Shown: piece by piece, positions 20,041 through 29,536 of the stretch | How positions within the stretch are numbered: the first letter of the stretch is position 1 | Layout: every line of letters starts with the position of its first letter | IMG/VR virus record: IMGVR_UViG_3300023108_000014 | Coordinates: 15,603-79,602 of that record | Length of the DNA stretch: 64,000 bases | DNA from: a virus | Strand: one strand, 5' to 3' | Notes under the pieces: model-generated | What the model saw: only the letters and a program-made list of their open reading frames with translations | Told to the model about the DNA's origin: nothing | Databases searched by the model: none | Made by a program: the position numbers and the translations under genes

Positions 20041-20251
20041 TAGGCGTTACAAAGCGTATTTGGACCCCGGGGCGGTACCGGGCGCCTCCACCATAAACAC
20101 TTTGACACAGAGTTTTTATGATGGGGGCGAAACAGGTTTCGACAGGTAGGCAAGTTTACAAAACACAACTGCAAACGATAACTTTGCACCTTCTGGTTAC
20201 GCTCTAGCAGCATAATTAAGGGGGCGGGTACTGCCTAGCAACAGAAGTGCC
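20041..20251 (+). ncRNA. ssrA: Circularly permuted two-piece tmRNA (alphaproteobacterial type); tag ANDNFAPSGYALAA at 20171-20215
   Basis: Acceptor piece CCCGG-GGCGGTA-CCGGG-CGCCTCC-ACCA (ends 20093); intervening hairpin; GGGGGCG at 20123; tag ORF ending LAA-stop; ends approximate. Confidence 0.93.
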
Positions 20252-20270
20252 ATAACTTATAGTATGCTTA

Positions 20271-20948
20271 ATGATAAAAAAACAAATTAATGCTTTTGAT
20301 ATAACTATTTCTAGTTATTGTCAAGCCTTCTGTGTAGGCTGTCAAAGAAATGAAGAAGACGGTACTCCTTCTGATTGGATTACAAAAAATCAATTTCACA
20401 TGGACCCATCTAACTTTAAAAAATTTTTAGACAGTGGCTATAATAAATGGCAACAGTTTGGCCATTTACAACTATGCGGAGAGTTAGGCGATCCTATGAT
20501 GCATCCTCGTATAGACGAAATTTTAGATATTGCTTTTGACTATAATTTAATAAATGGTGTTCTAATTAATACAAACGGAGGGATACGCCGACCGGAATGG
20601 TATGCAGCACAGGCAAAAAAGAATAGAAATCTAACTATTGCATTTGGAATTGATGGAATAAATCATGAAATGAATTGGAAATACAGAAAAGGTGTAAAGT
20701 TCCAACAAGCATGGGATAACATGATTGCATTTCATGAAAACGGCGGCAGGATAGAATGGCATTATATTCTTTTTAATTGGAACTACAAAGCAATACCAGA
20801 AGTAGTCAACATTGCTAAAGACCTAAAGCTTGAAAAAAAGCAACTAGTTTTCAAAATTACTAGGACAGATAATCCTGCCGAAGGGTTATGTGATGAATTA
20901 ATAATAGACGAAGCAACATCATTATTAGAGGAATATGGATATGTATAA
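20271..20948 (+). CDS. Radical SAM protein
   Basis: CQAFCVGC (CxxxCxxC), GDPMMHP, NTNGG, FGIDG. Confidence 0.88.
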   Translation: MIKKQINAFDITISSYCQAFCVGCQRNEEDGTPSDWITKNQFHMDPSNFKKFLDSGYNKWQQFGHLQLCGELGDPMMHPRIDEILDIAFDYNLINGVLINTNGGIRRPEWYAAQAKKNRNLTIAFGIDGINHEMNWKYRKGVKFQQAWDNMIAFHENGGRIEWHYILFNWNYKAIPEVVNIAKDLKLEKKQLVFKITRTDNPAEGLCDELIIDEATSLLEEYGYV

Positions 20949-21285
20949 TATAGATTGCCATACCTATGACGAATATGAAGATGATATACAACGTGATTGG
21001 GAAATTAATATTGATGGAAAACTATGGCCTTGTTGTCATTACCTGGTAGAAAGTTATAAACATCCTAAAGATAAAGATAACACTTTAATGTCCGACGAAG
21101 CATTGAACAAGGCTTTCGAGCAAGATCCTAATTGGAACAACTTAAATTACCATGATTTATATGATATTGTAAATCATGATTACTACCAAAATCATTGTTG
21201 TAAAAAATCATGGAATAGTGATAATCCTCCTCCTCTATGTGTTAAAATGTGTCAAAGTGGAAAGCAAGTTCGTAATATAGAATAA
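20935..21285 (+). CDS. Stand-alone SPASM/twitch-like Fe-S domain
   Basis: INIDGKLWPCC...PPLCVKMC; own GAGGA RBS. Confidence 0.7.
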   Translation: MDMYNIDCHTYDEYEDDIQRDWEINIDGKLWPCCHYLVESYKHPKDKDNTLMSDEALNKAFEQDPNWNNLNYHDLYDIVNHDYYQNHCCKKSWNSDNPPPLCVKMCQSGKQVRNIE

Positions 21286-21314
21286 CTGCTACAATTTAAC
21301 ACACCCTAGTCAGG

Positions 21315-21343
21315 TTGACATTACACTGTAAACATGCTATATA
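21315..21343 (+). promoter_or_regulatory. Sigma70-type promoter
   Basis: TTGACA-N17-TATATA with extended TG. Confidence 0.6.
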
Positions 21344-21370
21344 TTATTACATAGACACACGGAGATTAGT

Positions 21371-21730
21371 ATGAATCAGAAACCAAAGCCCATTGGTTGG
21401 GCAACAACTATTACTTCACTTCGCAGCGAACTAGGACTTATGTGGTCAAGTTTTATGACTATTGAAAACTCACCATTGCGTAAACTAGATCCAAGAGTTG
21501 CACACATGATATTTCAATGCCTAGCATTTATTTGGAGTGGATTATTTGCTATTATGATTGGCAGTTATATGGCATTTGGCATTAGTGCAATATTCCACGT
21601 AAGTTTGATAGCAGGCGTTTTTATCACAGCAGTGACAATGAACGAAGCAGACAAGCGTCCACAAACTGTAAACCGTTTTGTAAAAGACAATGTAATCAAC
21701 AGCAGAGGCATTGGTGGTGAGCATGAGTGA
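21371..21730 (+). CDS. Membrane protein (2 TM)
   Basis: Hydrophobic helices; GGAG RBS. Confidence 0.7.
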   Translation: MNQKPKPIGWATTITSLRSELGLMWSSFMTIENSPLRKLDPRVAHMIFQCLAFIWSGLFAIMIGSYMAFGISAIFHVSLIAGVFITAVTMNEADKRPQTVNRFVKDNVINSRGIGGEHE

Positions 21731-21944
21731 TGATGTAAGAGCAGCAGCACAAAAGCAAGCCGAAGAAGCAATGGATGGATTTATCCTTTGGAGTAAACGT
21801 GCTACACTGTGGAGTGCTCTATTTTTATGTGTTGTTGTATTTGCTTGCAACTCGGGCGTGGAAACTGGACCTAATGCAACTGGTTCAGGTTATAACGGAG
21901 AACAATATTCTCCTTCAAATCTTAATGTAAAGGATAAAAAATGA
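21723..21944 (+). CDS. Small membrane protein resembling aa3-type cytochrome c oxidase subunit IV
   Basis: QAEEAMDGFILWSKR followed by one TM helix; resemblance by eye only. Confidence 0.4.
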   Translation: MSDDVRAAAQKQAEEAMDGFILWSKRATLWSALFLCVVVFACNSGVETGPNATGSGYNGEQYSPSNLNVKDKK

Positions 21945-22372
21945 GATTTACACTAGCGGCAATTTTGATTGCTATTGGCATGGGTACTGCCCACGCAGAA
22001 GACATTACCATTGATATGTTGAACAAACGTGACGATGGCGCTAAGATGGTGTACTCACAAGACATTGCGACTATTGATGTTGGTGACACCATTACTTGGC
22101 TACCAACACAAAAGGGTCACAACGTAGAATTTATTGCTGGCCCAGATGGTTGGGAAGCACCAAAGAAATCAAAACTATCAAAAGAATACGCATACACATT
22201 TGACACACCGGGTGTCTACTTGTATCAATGCACACCACACAAGTCAATGGGTATGATTGCCATTGTAGTTGTAGGCGATCTGACACAAGAAGGTGTAGAT
22301 GCTATCCGTGATGCGAAAGTAAAAGGCAAGTCAAAAAAGAAACTTAAAAAGTTGTTGGCAGAACTACCATGA
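21941..22372 (+). CDS. Pseudoazurin (type-1 copper cupredoxin) with signal peptide
   Basis: GHNV, YLYQCTPHKSMGM copper ligands, MLNK...MVY. Confidence 0.92.
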   Translation: MRFTLAAILIAIGMGTAHAEDITIDMLNKRDDGAKMVYSQDIATIDVGDTITWLPTQKGHNVEFIAGPDGWEAPKKSKLSKEYAYTFDTPGVYLYQCTPHKSMGMIAIVVVGDLTQEGVDAIRDAKVKGKSKKKLKKLLAELP

Positions 22373-22426
22373 CAGCATTAGCACAGAGAATTACCTCCGC
22401 AATGCACTAAGAGGAAACAGAACATA

Positions 22427-22621
22427 ATGTTTAGTAAACAATGTAAAGCACACTTAGATGAAGTAGGCGAAACAGGTCTACAACATATGGCAGTAGCACT
22501 AAAAACCGCAGTGAAATTACAACTGTTAGTGCCTGCACTTATCATTCACAGTGTTGCTCCTAGATTTTTCACACATACAGCATCGGATGTAATGAGTAAA
22601 ATCTTAAAGGACAGAAAATGA
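22427..22621 (+). CDS. DUF6356-like small protein
   Basis: HLDEVGET...HM...IIHSVAP.FF..TAS. Confidence 0.6.
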   Translation: MFSKQCKAHLDEVGETGLQHMAVALKTAVKLQLLVPALIIHSVAPRFFTHTASDVMSKILKDRK

Positions 22622-22730
22622 TTAAAATTGTAGGATATTTTAAAGACAAGACAGTGTCACAAGTGTTTGATAATGTGCTTGATGCAATTGACTACAGAGA
22701 TTACTTAGATGCTCATTATGCAAAAGTAAA

Positions 22731-22979
22731 ATGGATACAACAATGAAGTGGCTTATTGTATTCGTTATGTTGGAAGCAGAACCTTTTGCACTAAAGACTC
22801 TGCCGTTTGAAACACAGAACGAATGCAAAGCCTATATAAATGATCCTGTTAACAGCGACAGACTTGCTATAGAAGTTATAAATGTTGCGGGATTTAATGA
22901 TACAATAGTTAAAGTTGCTTGTATGCCAGCAAACAAAATAACGAGGGAGATGTTGAATGAAACCAAATCTAAAGTTTGA
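22731..22979 (+). CDS. Hypothetical secreted/membrane protein
   Basis: Hydrophobic N-terminus, two Cys. Confidence 0.55.
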   Translation: MDTTMKWLIVFVMLEAEPFALKTLPFETQNECKAYINDPVNSDRLAIEVINVAGFNDTIVKVACMPANKITREMLNETKSKV

Positions 22980-23175
22980 ACTAACTGTAAGAGACATTGA
23001 CATAATTGAAAAAGCTCTTACAGCAAAAGCAGGACGCAGAGGGTTGCGTTTGATGCAAGGTGAAGACCACGCAGAACTTAAACAAGAGATGCGAGACATA
23101 CAAAATTTATTAGGGAGATTACACGAACAAAAAGTTTGGTATCGTCCTAAGAAGAAAATTTATGTAGGCGGATAG
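22957..23175 (+). CDS. Hypothetical protein
   Basis: ORF with GGGAG RBS. Confidence 0.65.
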   Translation: MKPNLKFELTVRDIDIIEKALTAKAGRRGLRLMQGEDHAELKQEMRDIQNLLGRLHEQKVWYRPKKKIYVGG

Positions 23176-23315
23176 TGTTGTATATTTGCAACAAATGTAA
23201 ATATTGGTTTACTAATTGTGCAGTTGCAGCATGAGGTTTATATAAATAAAACGTGGGCAAGAAATGGTTCTTCTTGCCCACTTATTTTAACACATAACAA
23301 ATAAAGGAAAATATT

Positions 23316-24092
23316 ATGCGCAAAGTATTTAGTATTATAGTAGCACTTTTATTTGCAGGATCAGCCTATGCACAAGAAGTAACACCAGTTATTTCAGGTG
23401 AAGTAGAACTAGATTTTACCCAAGACGCTAATGACGACTGGGGTGGAGCAATGGGTCTAGACTTAGGTATTGATGTTGCAGGTGCAGCAGATATCGATTT
23501 AGATTTTTCAGCAACAGATGGAAATTCAGTAGTCCTTGATAGTTGGACAGTTGGTACAACTGTAAACGCTATTGGAATCGCAATTGGTGACGACAATGGT
23601 GTTATGCCAGATGCAGAAGGCAACCACACACTAGCAGCACCAGCAATGACTGAATCAGTCAAAGTAACAGCAGGTGCAGCAGAAGTTGCAATTGGCTTTA
23701 CAGACTGGACAACAGATGTAACAGACATCAGCAACATTCAAGGTGCATACACATTGGGTGTAGCAGGTCTTGATGTAACAGCAGCAGGTGACTATAATAT
23801 GGACACAGAAAACACTGTACTAGGTGCAGGTGTTAGTGGTCTTACACTAGGTTCAATTTTAGTAGGCGGTGCTTTTTCATATGATCTAGACGCTGAAAAC
23901 ATTGGCTTCGAAGGTACAGTTGAAACAGGTGGTATCACAGCATACCTAAACGGCGACCAAGATGACACGCTACAAAACGTAGGTGGTGAGTATGTTTATG
24001 CAATCGGCGGTGCTGAAGTTACAGCAGGTGCAAACTACAACCTAGATTCAGAAGATCTTACTCCAACAGTTGGTGTAAGTTTTAGTTTCTAA
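23316..24092 (+). CDS. Outer-membrane porin-like beta-barrel
   Basis: Signal peptide (SAYA|Q), alternating beta-strands, C-terminal SFSF, acidic composition; 5' hairpin at 23253-23282 and own terminator. Confidence 0.8.
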   Translation: MRKVFSIIVALLFAGSAYAQEVTPVISGEVELDFTQDANDDWGGAMGLDLGIDVAGAADIDLDFSATDGNSVVLDSWTVGTTVNAIGIAIGDDNGVMPDAEGNHTLAAPAMTESVKVTAGAAEVAIGFTDWTTDVTDISNIQGAYTLGVAGLDVTAAGDYNMDTENTVLGAGVSGLTLGSILVGGAFSYDLDAENIGFEGTVETGGITAYLNGDQDDTLQNVGGEYVYAIGGAEVTAGANYNLDSEDLTPTVGVSFSF

Positions 24093-24122
24093 TAAACGAG
24101 ATAGGCTATACGCCGTTCGCTT

Positions 24123-24149
24123 AAAAAGAGTCCACCGGGCTCTTTTTTT
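24123..24149 (+). terminator. Intrinsic (possibly bidirectional) terminator
   Basis: AAAAAGAGTCC-ACC-GGGCTCTTTTTTT. Confidence 0.8.
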
Positions 24150-24195
24150 GTGACTATAACAATAAATACACATATAATAAGAGAGGGTCATTATT

Positions 24196-24390
24196 ATGTC
24201 AGAACAAGACGATAAAGGAAAACTCGAAGTAAGTGTTCGAATCCTTGGAAATGAACTTGTAGCATTACGCATGGACGTAGACGATTTCAAAATGAAATGG
24301 CTAGTTATGGGTGTGATTGCTATTGTAGCACTAGGTTGGGCAGCAGGGAGTTTTGGTCCAGAACTGATCAGCATGTTCTCATCTGACTGA
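24196..24390 (+). CDS. Small membrane protein
   Basis: One TM helix. Confidence 0.65.
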   Translation: MSEQDDKGKLEVSVRILGNELVALRMDVDDFKMKWLVMGVIAIVALGWAAGSFGPELISMFSSD

Positions 24391-24722
24391 TGTGGCAAAA
24401 AATCAAAAAGAAGTTCAATATTGATTCCATAGTGGATGTCAGTGTTGATTTATTTTTGATACTGTTTGATGTATTGAGTTCACCTATACTAATTGTAATG
24501 AGAATTATACGTTATGTTGTAGGAAAGTATTTGATGGATGGTGTTAAGAACAGGATCAAACAGTTATTACACTGGCTGGAACACAAACCACGTTGGGTGA
24601 GTTTTGTTGTAATACCAGTGTTGTTAGTAATAGTTGCTCACTTGCTTGTGTTGATGTGGATATTTGGACAAGCATTTGGAGAAGTAATAATGGAATTATG
24701 GGGGAATACAGATAATGTATGA
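24390..24722 (+). CDS. Membrane protein
   Basis: Hydrophobic segments; TGATG coupling. Confidence 0.6.
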   Translation: MWQKIKKKFNIDSIVDVSVDLFLILFDVLSSPILIVMRIIRYVVGKYLMDGVKNRIKQLLHWLEHKPRWVSFVVIPVLLVIVAHLLVLMWIFGQAFGEVIMELWGNTDNV

Positions 24723-25152
24723 ATATAAATGTAAAATTTTAAGAGTAGTTGATGGAGATACTGTTGACATTGATATAGATTTAGGTTTTGGTGTTTGGAT
24801 GCACAAAGAAAGAGTACGAATGATGGGTATCGATACTCCAGAATCTAGAACAAGAGATAAAGTGGAGAAAGCATTTGGACTCGCAAGCAAATCTAGACTC
24901 AAAGAACTACTGCCAGTCGGATCTATTCAAATTCTCAAAACAGAGATTGATAAAAGCGGAGAAGATAAAAAAGGTAAGTTCGGACGAATTTTGGGAGACT
25001 TCCTTATCGACGATAGAAGAGCCACTGACATACTTATTGAAGAGGGACATGCTGTAGCATACTTTGGCGGAAGCAAAGAAGAAATTGCAATGAAACACAT
25101 GGCCAACAGAGAAAAGCTTTTACGTGAGGGTATTGTAGTTCTTGATAGTTGA
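24715..25152 (+). CDS. Thermonuclease (SNase-like)
   Basis: RVVDGDT, RMMGIDTPE, GKFGRILG, EEGHA. Confidence 0.9.
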   Translation: MYEYKCKILRVVDGDTVDIDIDLGFGVWMHKERVRMMGIDTPESRTRDKVEKAFGLASKSRLKELLPVGSIQILKTEIDKSGEDKKGKFGRILGDFLIDDRRATDILIEEGHAVAYFGGSKEEIAMKHMANREKLLREGIVVLDS

Positions 25153-25708
25153 TGTAAGAGATAAAATTTTACAGGAACCGTTTAACACAGATCCTTTCCT
25201 TCATTTTGTAGTTAAGGATCTGTTTCCATTAGAATTCCAAAAACTTATAAAGTCAGAATATAAAAAAGAAAAAATGACAAGGCGTAATTACAACAATGAG
25301 AGTATGTGGCAAGGTTTGTTGGAAGGAGAGTTGTTTGATTTTTTTGCTATAGATATTGCACCAATACTACAGGAAAAATTTAAATCAAAAACACTAATTA
25401 GACAAGATAATCAAGGACCTGTATTTAAAAAGGACAGACCATGGATGAAACTTCAAAGAGTACATAGAGATTTATGGGATCATATCGAAGGAAGAAGTTT
25501 TACATTTCAATATTTTTTTAGCGTAGCAGACCGTCCTGATGGAGGCACAATATTACATGATAAAAAACGCAAGCCAGTCCTTGAATTACCTTTAATTAAT
25601 AATAGTTGTACTGTATTTGAAAATAGTGATATATCCTATCATAGTGTTGCACAAAGAGGTTATGATAGAAATAGCGTATTAGTAAGATTTAAAGAGGTTG
25701 ACAAATAA
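25142..25708 (+). CDS. 2OG-Fe(II) oxygenase-like protein
   Basis: VHRD, GGTIL, SYHSV, RNS. Confidence 0.6.
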   Translation: MIVDVRDKILQEPFNTDPFLHFVVKDLFPLEFQKLIKSEYKKEKMTRRNYNNESMWQGLLEGELFDFFAIDIAPILQEKFKSKTLIRQDNQGPVFKKDRPWMKLQRVHRDLWDHIEGRSFTFQYFFSVADRPDGGTILHDKKRKPVLELPLINNSCTVFENSDISYHSVAQRGYDRNSVLVRFKEVDK

Positions 25709-25725
25709 TTTTAAGATGCTATATT
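25698..25725 (+). promoter_or_regulatory. Sigma70-type promoter
   Basis: TTGACA-N16-TATATT with TG. Confidence 0.6.
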
Positions 25726-25756
25726 AAACAAGTAGTAACACAACTAGGAGTTTATT

Positions 25757-26119
25757 ATGTCGATGCATCTTGTAGGTCCTTATATGACCACCACCAAGTA
25801 CAATCGTAAGCAGAAAAAATCTAAAAACAAAAGACTACAACGTGCGCAAGCAGAGCATGAAACATGGCTTGCGTCTATGGGCTATACTGGCAAAGGTTCA
25901 GACTACCGTTATGCAATGCCAGACTATAGTAATCCAAGTGCTAACACAGTTCCAACTAGTGATCGTATTGACGGACATGCACCACAAAAAGAACGCAATG
26001 TATATTCAGGCGAGCGTACATTGTTAGGTGTTGCAACAATGCATAAGAGCAATATGGTTCCTGTGTTTGCAGATAAGAAAGATGATGCTAAAGATATAGC
26101 ACAAATGCGTAGAAACTAA
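25757..26119 (+). CDS. Conserved hypothetical phage protein
   Basis: YSG..LLGVATMHKSNMVPV motif. Confidence 0.7.
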   Translation: MSMHLVGPYMTTTKYNRKQKKSKNKRLQRAQAEHETWLASMGYTGKGSDYRYAMPDYSNPSANTVPTSDRIDGHAPQKERNVYSGERTLLGVATMHKSNMVPVFADKKDDAKDIAQMRRN

Positions 26120-26171
26120 TCTACGCATAAAAAACATGCAAAAAACCACTTAAATATATAACGAGGCAAAA

Positions 26172-26693
26172 ATGAAACGAGTAATCTTAGGCTTAATTGC
26201 GGTTATGCTTACAACAAGTGTACACGCAACAACAGAAAAAACAGAGTTATACAGCGAAGAAGTACATCCGCAAGAGTATTGTCTTGCACTAAATATATAT
26301 TATGAATCAAGGGGAAGTAATTACGCAGACCAAGTAGCAGTTGCAGATGTTGTGATGAATCGTGTTGAAGATACACGTTATCCAAACACAATTTGCGAAG
26401 TCGTTAAACAAGGAAAACAAAAGCCTTCATGGAAAGATCCAAACCAAATGGTTATGGTTCGTGACGCATGTCAATTCAGTTGGTATTGTGATGGAAAAAG
26501 CGACGAACCCCAAGATCGAAATGCTTGGATAAACGCACAACAAATTGCATGGTTTATGATTTGGGATAGAAAGCACAGAGGTATTACCGAAGGCGCTACC
26601 CACTATCATGCCAAGTATGTTAGTCCTAGATGGGCAAAAGATTTACAATTAGTAGGAAGGATTGGTGTGCATATTTTTTATAGGTGGGAATAG
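26172..26693 (+). CDS. SleB-like cell wall hydrolase (Hydrolase_2)
   Basis: CLALNIYYESRG, VMNRV, YPNTICEVV, CQFSW, GATHYHA, IGVHIFY; signal peptide. Confidence 0.92.
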   Translation: MKRVILGLIAVMLTTSVHATTEKTELYSEEVHPQEYCLALNIYYESRGSNYADQVAVADVVMNRVEDTRYPNTICEVVKQGKQKPSWKDPNQMVMVRDACQFSWYCDGKSDEPQDRNAWINAQQIAWFMIWDRKHRGITEGATHYHAKYVSPRWAKDLQLVGRIGVHIFYRWE

Positions 26694-28877
26694 ATGGCAT
26701 TAGGTTTTTTAGTATTTTTTACTGCACTAGCAATTTCAGCAGTAGCAATTTATTATAGCATCGCAGGGTTAGTCGCAATATTTGCGGCTGCCGCTATACC
26801 TATTATGGTAATGGGCGGTGCACTTGAAATTGGCAAACTGGTTACAGCGGTTTGGCTACATAGGTATTGGTCACAAGCAAAGTGGTGGCTCAGGACCTAT
26901 CTTGCTCTTGCAGTTGTTGTTCTTATGTTTATTACTAGTATGGGTATTTTTGGCTTCTTGTCAAAAGCACATATCGAACAAACAAGTGCAAGTATTGAAA
27001 GTGTAGAACAAGTAGAAAGACTAGAAACTGAAATTGCAAGACAAGAATCGCTAGTTGTTCGTGCTGAACAAAAGATACAGAAAGCAGAGGAAAGCACAGG
27101 CAATCAAAATGCAGACATTCAATCTCAAATTGATAAAGAACAAGAACGTATAGACAGTGCTTATCAAAGAATTCAACCTGCCATAGATGAACAGAATGCT
27201 ATTATACAGACACAACTTACTATATTAGAAGATAGAGTTGCTGTTTATGAAGATGAAATAAAAAGTCTTGATACTGAGTTAACAAGACTTAACAGTGTTG
27301 TTTCAGATTTAAGAAGTGAAATTGAAGGTACAAGTGTTGCTAGTATTGAAGAACAAGTACAGCCATATATTGACCAAATAGCACAATTAGATGAAGATTT
27401 GGAACGAATCAACACACAAGCAAATGAATATGAACAACGTATTTCTAATTTAGAAATTGACACAAGTGCAATTGAAAGTTTAAAAACTAGAATTGCAGCA
27501 ATAGAAGAATCTATTGTTGTAACAACGAATAAATTACAAAGTACAGAGCGTGATAAAATTCGTGAAGGACAAGCAGTCATTGGTGTAACAGATGATGGAG
27601 TGTTCGGCGGTAATACTAGACGTGCATTAACTGCATGGGTAGAAGCACAACAAGATCGCATTGCACAATTACAGTCACAAGAAACAGATTTAAGAGCACA
27701 AGCAACTCAAACACTAGATAACGAAAGAAATCGTTTGACAGATCTAGTTAAAGATTTGCGTGGAACACAGACAGATAGTATTAACACACGTAAGCAAAAC
27801 TTATTAGATGCAATTGATAGTATAAGAGCAAGTGCAATTGAAGATAGTAAAACTGCTAAACAAGATATACAGAATAAGATTGATACAGTTTTAAACACAG
27901 ATATTCCTGCTAATAGGAGCGCAAGGCAAACAGCACAAGAGCAAATCACTGCCTTGCGTCAAGCAGATGATCCTCGTATTAATGCAGCACGAGATACAAT
28001 TAAACAACTTCGTGAAGGTGCAGATGCACAAATTGCTGCAAGTAACGATTTAATACAGAGGTTAAGAGATAGAATTAGAGTCGATGGTGGTGCAGACATA
28101 GATGCTATTATTGACGAACAGACACAGCGTATTCGAGATGCAAATGCATTGATTGATGAAATGACTGAACAAAAATATGCCATAGAGGCAGAGTACAGAA
28201 AGCTAGAAGCAGAAGTAGGTCCTATCAAATACATTGCAGAATTTATCTATGAAGACGCAGACAGAGATGTATTAGAAGAGGCAGTGCGTTGGGTTATCAT
28301 CACAATTATTTTTGTATTTGATCCGCTTGCCGTTTTATTGCTAATCGCAAGCCAATACACTTTTGAATTTCACAGAAAACAAAAACCAAACGATAAGCAA
28401 TATTGGAAAGACTACGATCGTGCTAGGGCAGAGCGCATGGTAGCAAATAAGGGATTTAAAGTTGACAGCGGAGGAGAAGTTGAAACAACTATTAGCGAAC
28501 ATACCACTGGAGCCACCGATTCGGGAAGAGACTCTTCCGAAAGAGTGGTTGTGGCCGAAGAAGAAACGACACCAATAGAATTAGAGCCTGAAGCAAAAGA
28601 AGATGAAACTAATAATGAAAGCACTGAATCTAAAAAAGATACAGAAGCAGTAATTCAAAAAAAAAGAACTGAAAGACTAGCATTACTAGAAACTGATCTA
28701 GGTTATCAAAATAGCAAACAAGAATGGAAAAAACTTCATCCAGATCAGACAATTAAATTTTGGAAAGACCAATATATAAAAGGTAAGATTGATGAACTTC
28801 CTTGGGAGCAATCTTACACTCAAAATGAGGAACAAAGTGCAAATTCAATTTGGCAGCGTATAAAAGACAATGAGTGA
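26694..28877 (+). CDS. Membrane-anchored long coiled-coil protein with central peptidoglycan-binding-like motif
   Basis: 3 N-terminal TM helices, ~430-aa coiled coil, DGVFGGNTRRAL, TM VFDPLAV. Confidence 0.7.
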   Translation: MALGFLVFFTALAISAVAIYYSIAGLVAIFAAAAIPIMVMGGALEIGKLVTAVWLHRYWSQAKWWLRTYLALAVVVLMFITSMGIFGFLSKAHIEQTSASIESVEQVERLETEIARQESLVVRAEQKIQKAEESTGNQNADIQSQIDKEQERIDSAYQRIQPAIDEQNAIIQTQLTILEDRVAVYEDEIKSLDTELTRLNSVVSDLRSEIEGTSVASIEEQVQPYIDQIAQLDEDLERINTQANEYEQRISNLEIDTSAIESLKTRIAAIEESIVVTTNKLQSTERDKIREGQAVIGVTDDGVFGGNTRRALTAWVEAQQDRIAQLQSQETDLRAQATQTLDNERNRLTDLVKDLRGTQTDSINTRKQNLLDAIDSIRASAIEDSKTAKQDIQNKIDTVLNTDIPANRSARQTAQEQITALRQADDPRINAARDTIKQLREGADAQIAASNDLIQRLRDRIRVDGGADIDAIIDEQTQRIRDANALIDEMTEQKYAIEAEYRKLEAEVGPIKYIAEFIYEDADRDVLEEAVRWVIITIIFVFDPLAVLLLIASQYTFEFHRKQKPNDKQYWKDYDRARAERMVANKGFKVDSGGEVETTISEHTTGATDSGRDSSERVVVAEEETTPIELEPEAKEDETNNESTESKKDTEAVIQKKRTERLALLETDLGYQNSKQEWKKLHPDQTIKFWKDQYIKGKIDELPWEQSYTQNEEQSANSIWQRIKDNE

Positions 28878-29256
28878 CGTAACTATTATTACCACACCTG
28901 ATGTTATTTCTAACGACTGTTATAGTATTCTTTTAATTTGTCCAAGTCAAAATCTTCGTACAGATTTGCAGGACATTTTAAGAAGAATTGATATTCCTGT
29001 GAATATATACCTTTATGTAGGAACAGAAGAAGAACCTGCTTGGTTTTTAAGACTATGCAAAATGGTAGACTTAACAATAATTGATGTTGACAATTTAGAT
29101 TTGTTAACTACAAATTTTGTATCACATTTAATTGCACAACCAAATACATATTATACACTACAAGAAGATAGAGTAGGATTTCATCACATAAGTAAAAACA
29201 GATTTTATGACCTTGCATGGTTTGAAAAGAATTTACTTGACAAAGTTTCTAATTGA
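28870..29256 (+). CDS. Hypothetical protein
   Basis: Overlapping ORF. Confidence 0.65.
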   Translation: MSDVTIITTPDVISNDCYSILLICPSQNLRTDLQDILRRIDIPVNIYLYVGTEEEPAWFLRLCKMVDLTIIDVDNLDLLTTNFVSHLIAQPNTYYTLQEDRVGFHHISKNRFYDLAWFEKNLLDKVSN

Positions 29257-29284
29257 TATTATCATATAAAAAATGGAGTAATTA

Positions 29285-29533
29285 ATGGCTAATAAAATGA
29301 GACGCCGTGGGGACAACGAGTTCCGCGGATTATATGTGGAAGTACACAATAACGATGTTAACAAAGCACTTCGCAGATTTAAGAAGAAAGTTGCAGAAGA
29401 CGGTATTCTTCAAGAACTTCGTAAACGTGAATTCTACGAATCAAAAGGCACTAAACGCCGTAAATCAAAAGAAGCAGCAATTAGACGTTATAAGAAAAAT
29501 GAAGCAAAACGTAAGTTAGAAATGGGTTATTGA
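29285..29533 (+). CDS. rpsU: Ribosomal protein bS21
   Basis: [16 protein letters not shown]...[13 protein letters not shown]...[11 protein letters not shown]. Confidence 0.9.
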   Translation: MANKMRRRGDNEFRGLYVEVHNNDVNKALRRFKKKVAEDGILQELRKREFYESKGTKRRKSKEAAIRRYKKNEAKRKLEMGY

Positions 29534-29536
29534 TAA

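Noticed and set aside
19989-20213. 74-aa minus-strand ORF
   Set aside because: It is antisense to the tmRNA gene.
22369-22410. 13-codon ORF MTALAQRITSAMH after pseudoazurin as a leader peptide or deletion scar
   Set aside because: No terminator/antiterminator follows it, and it is too short to support without homologs.
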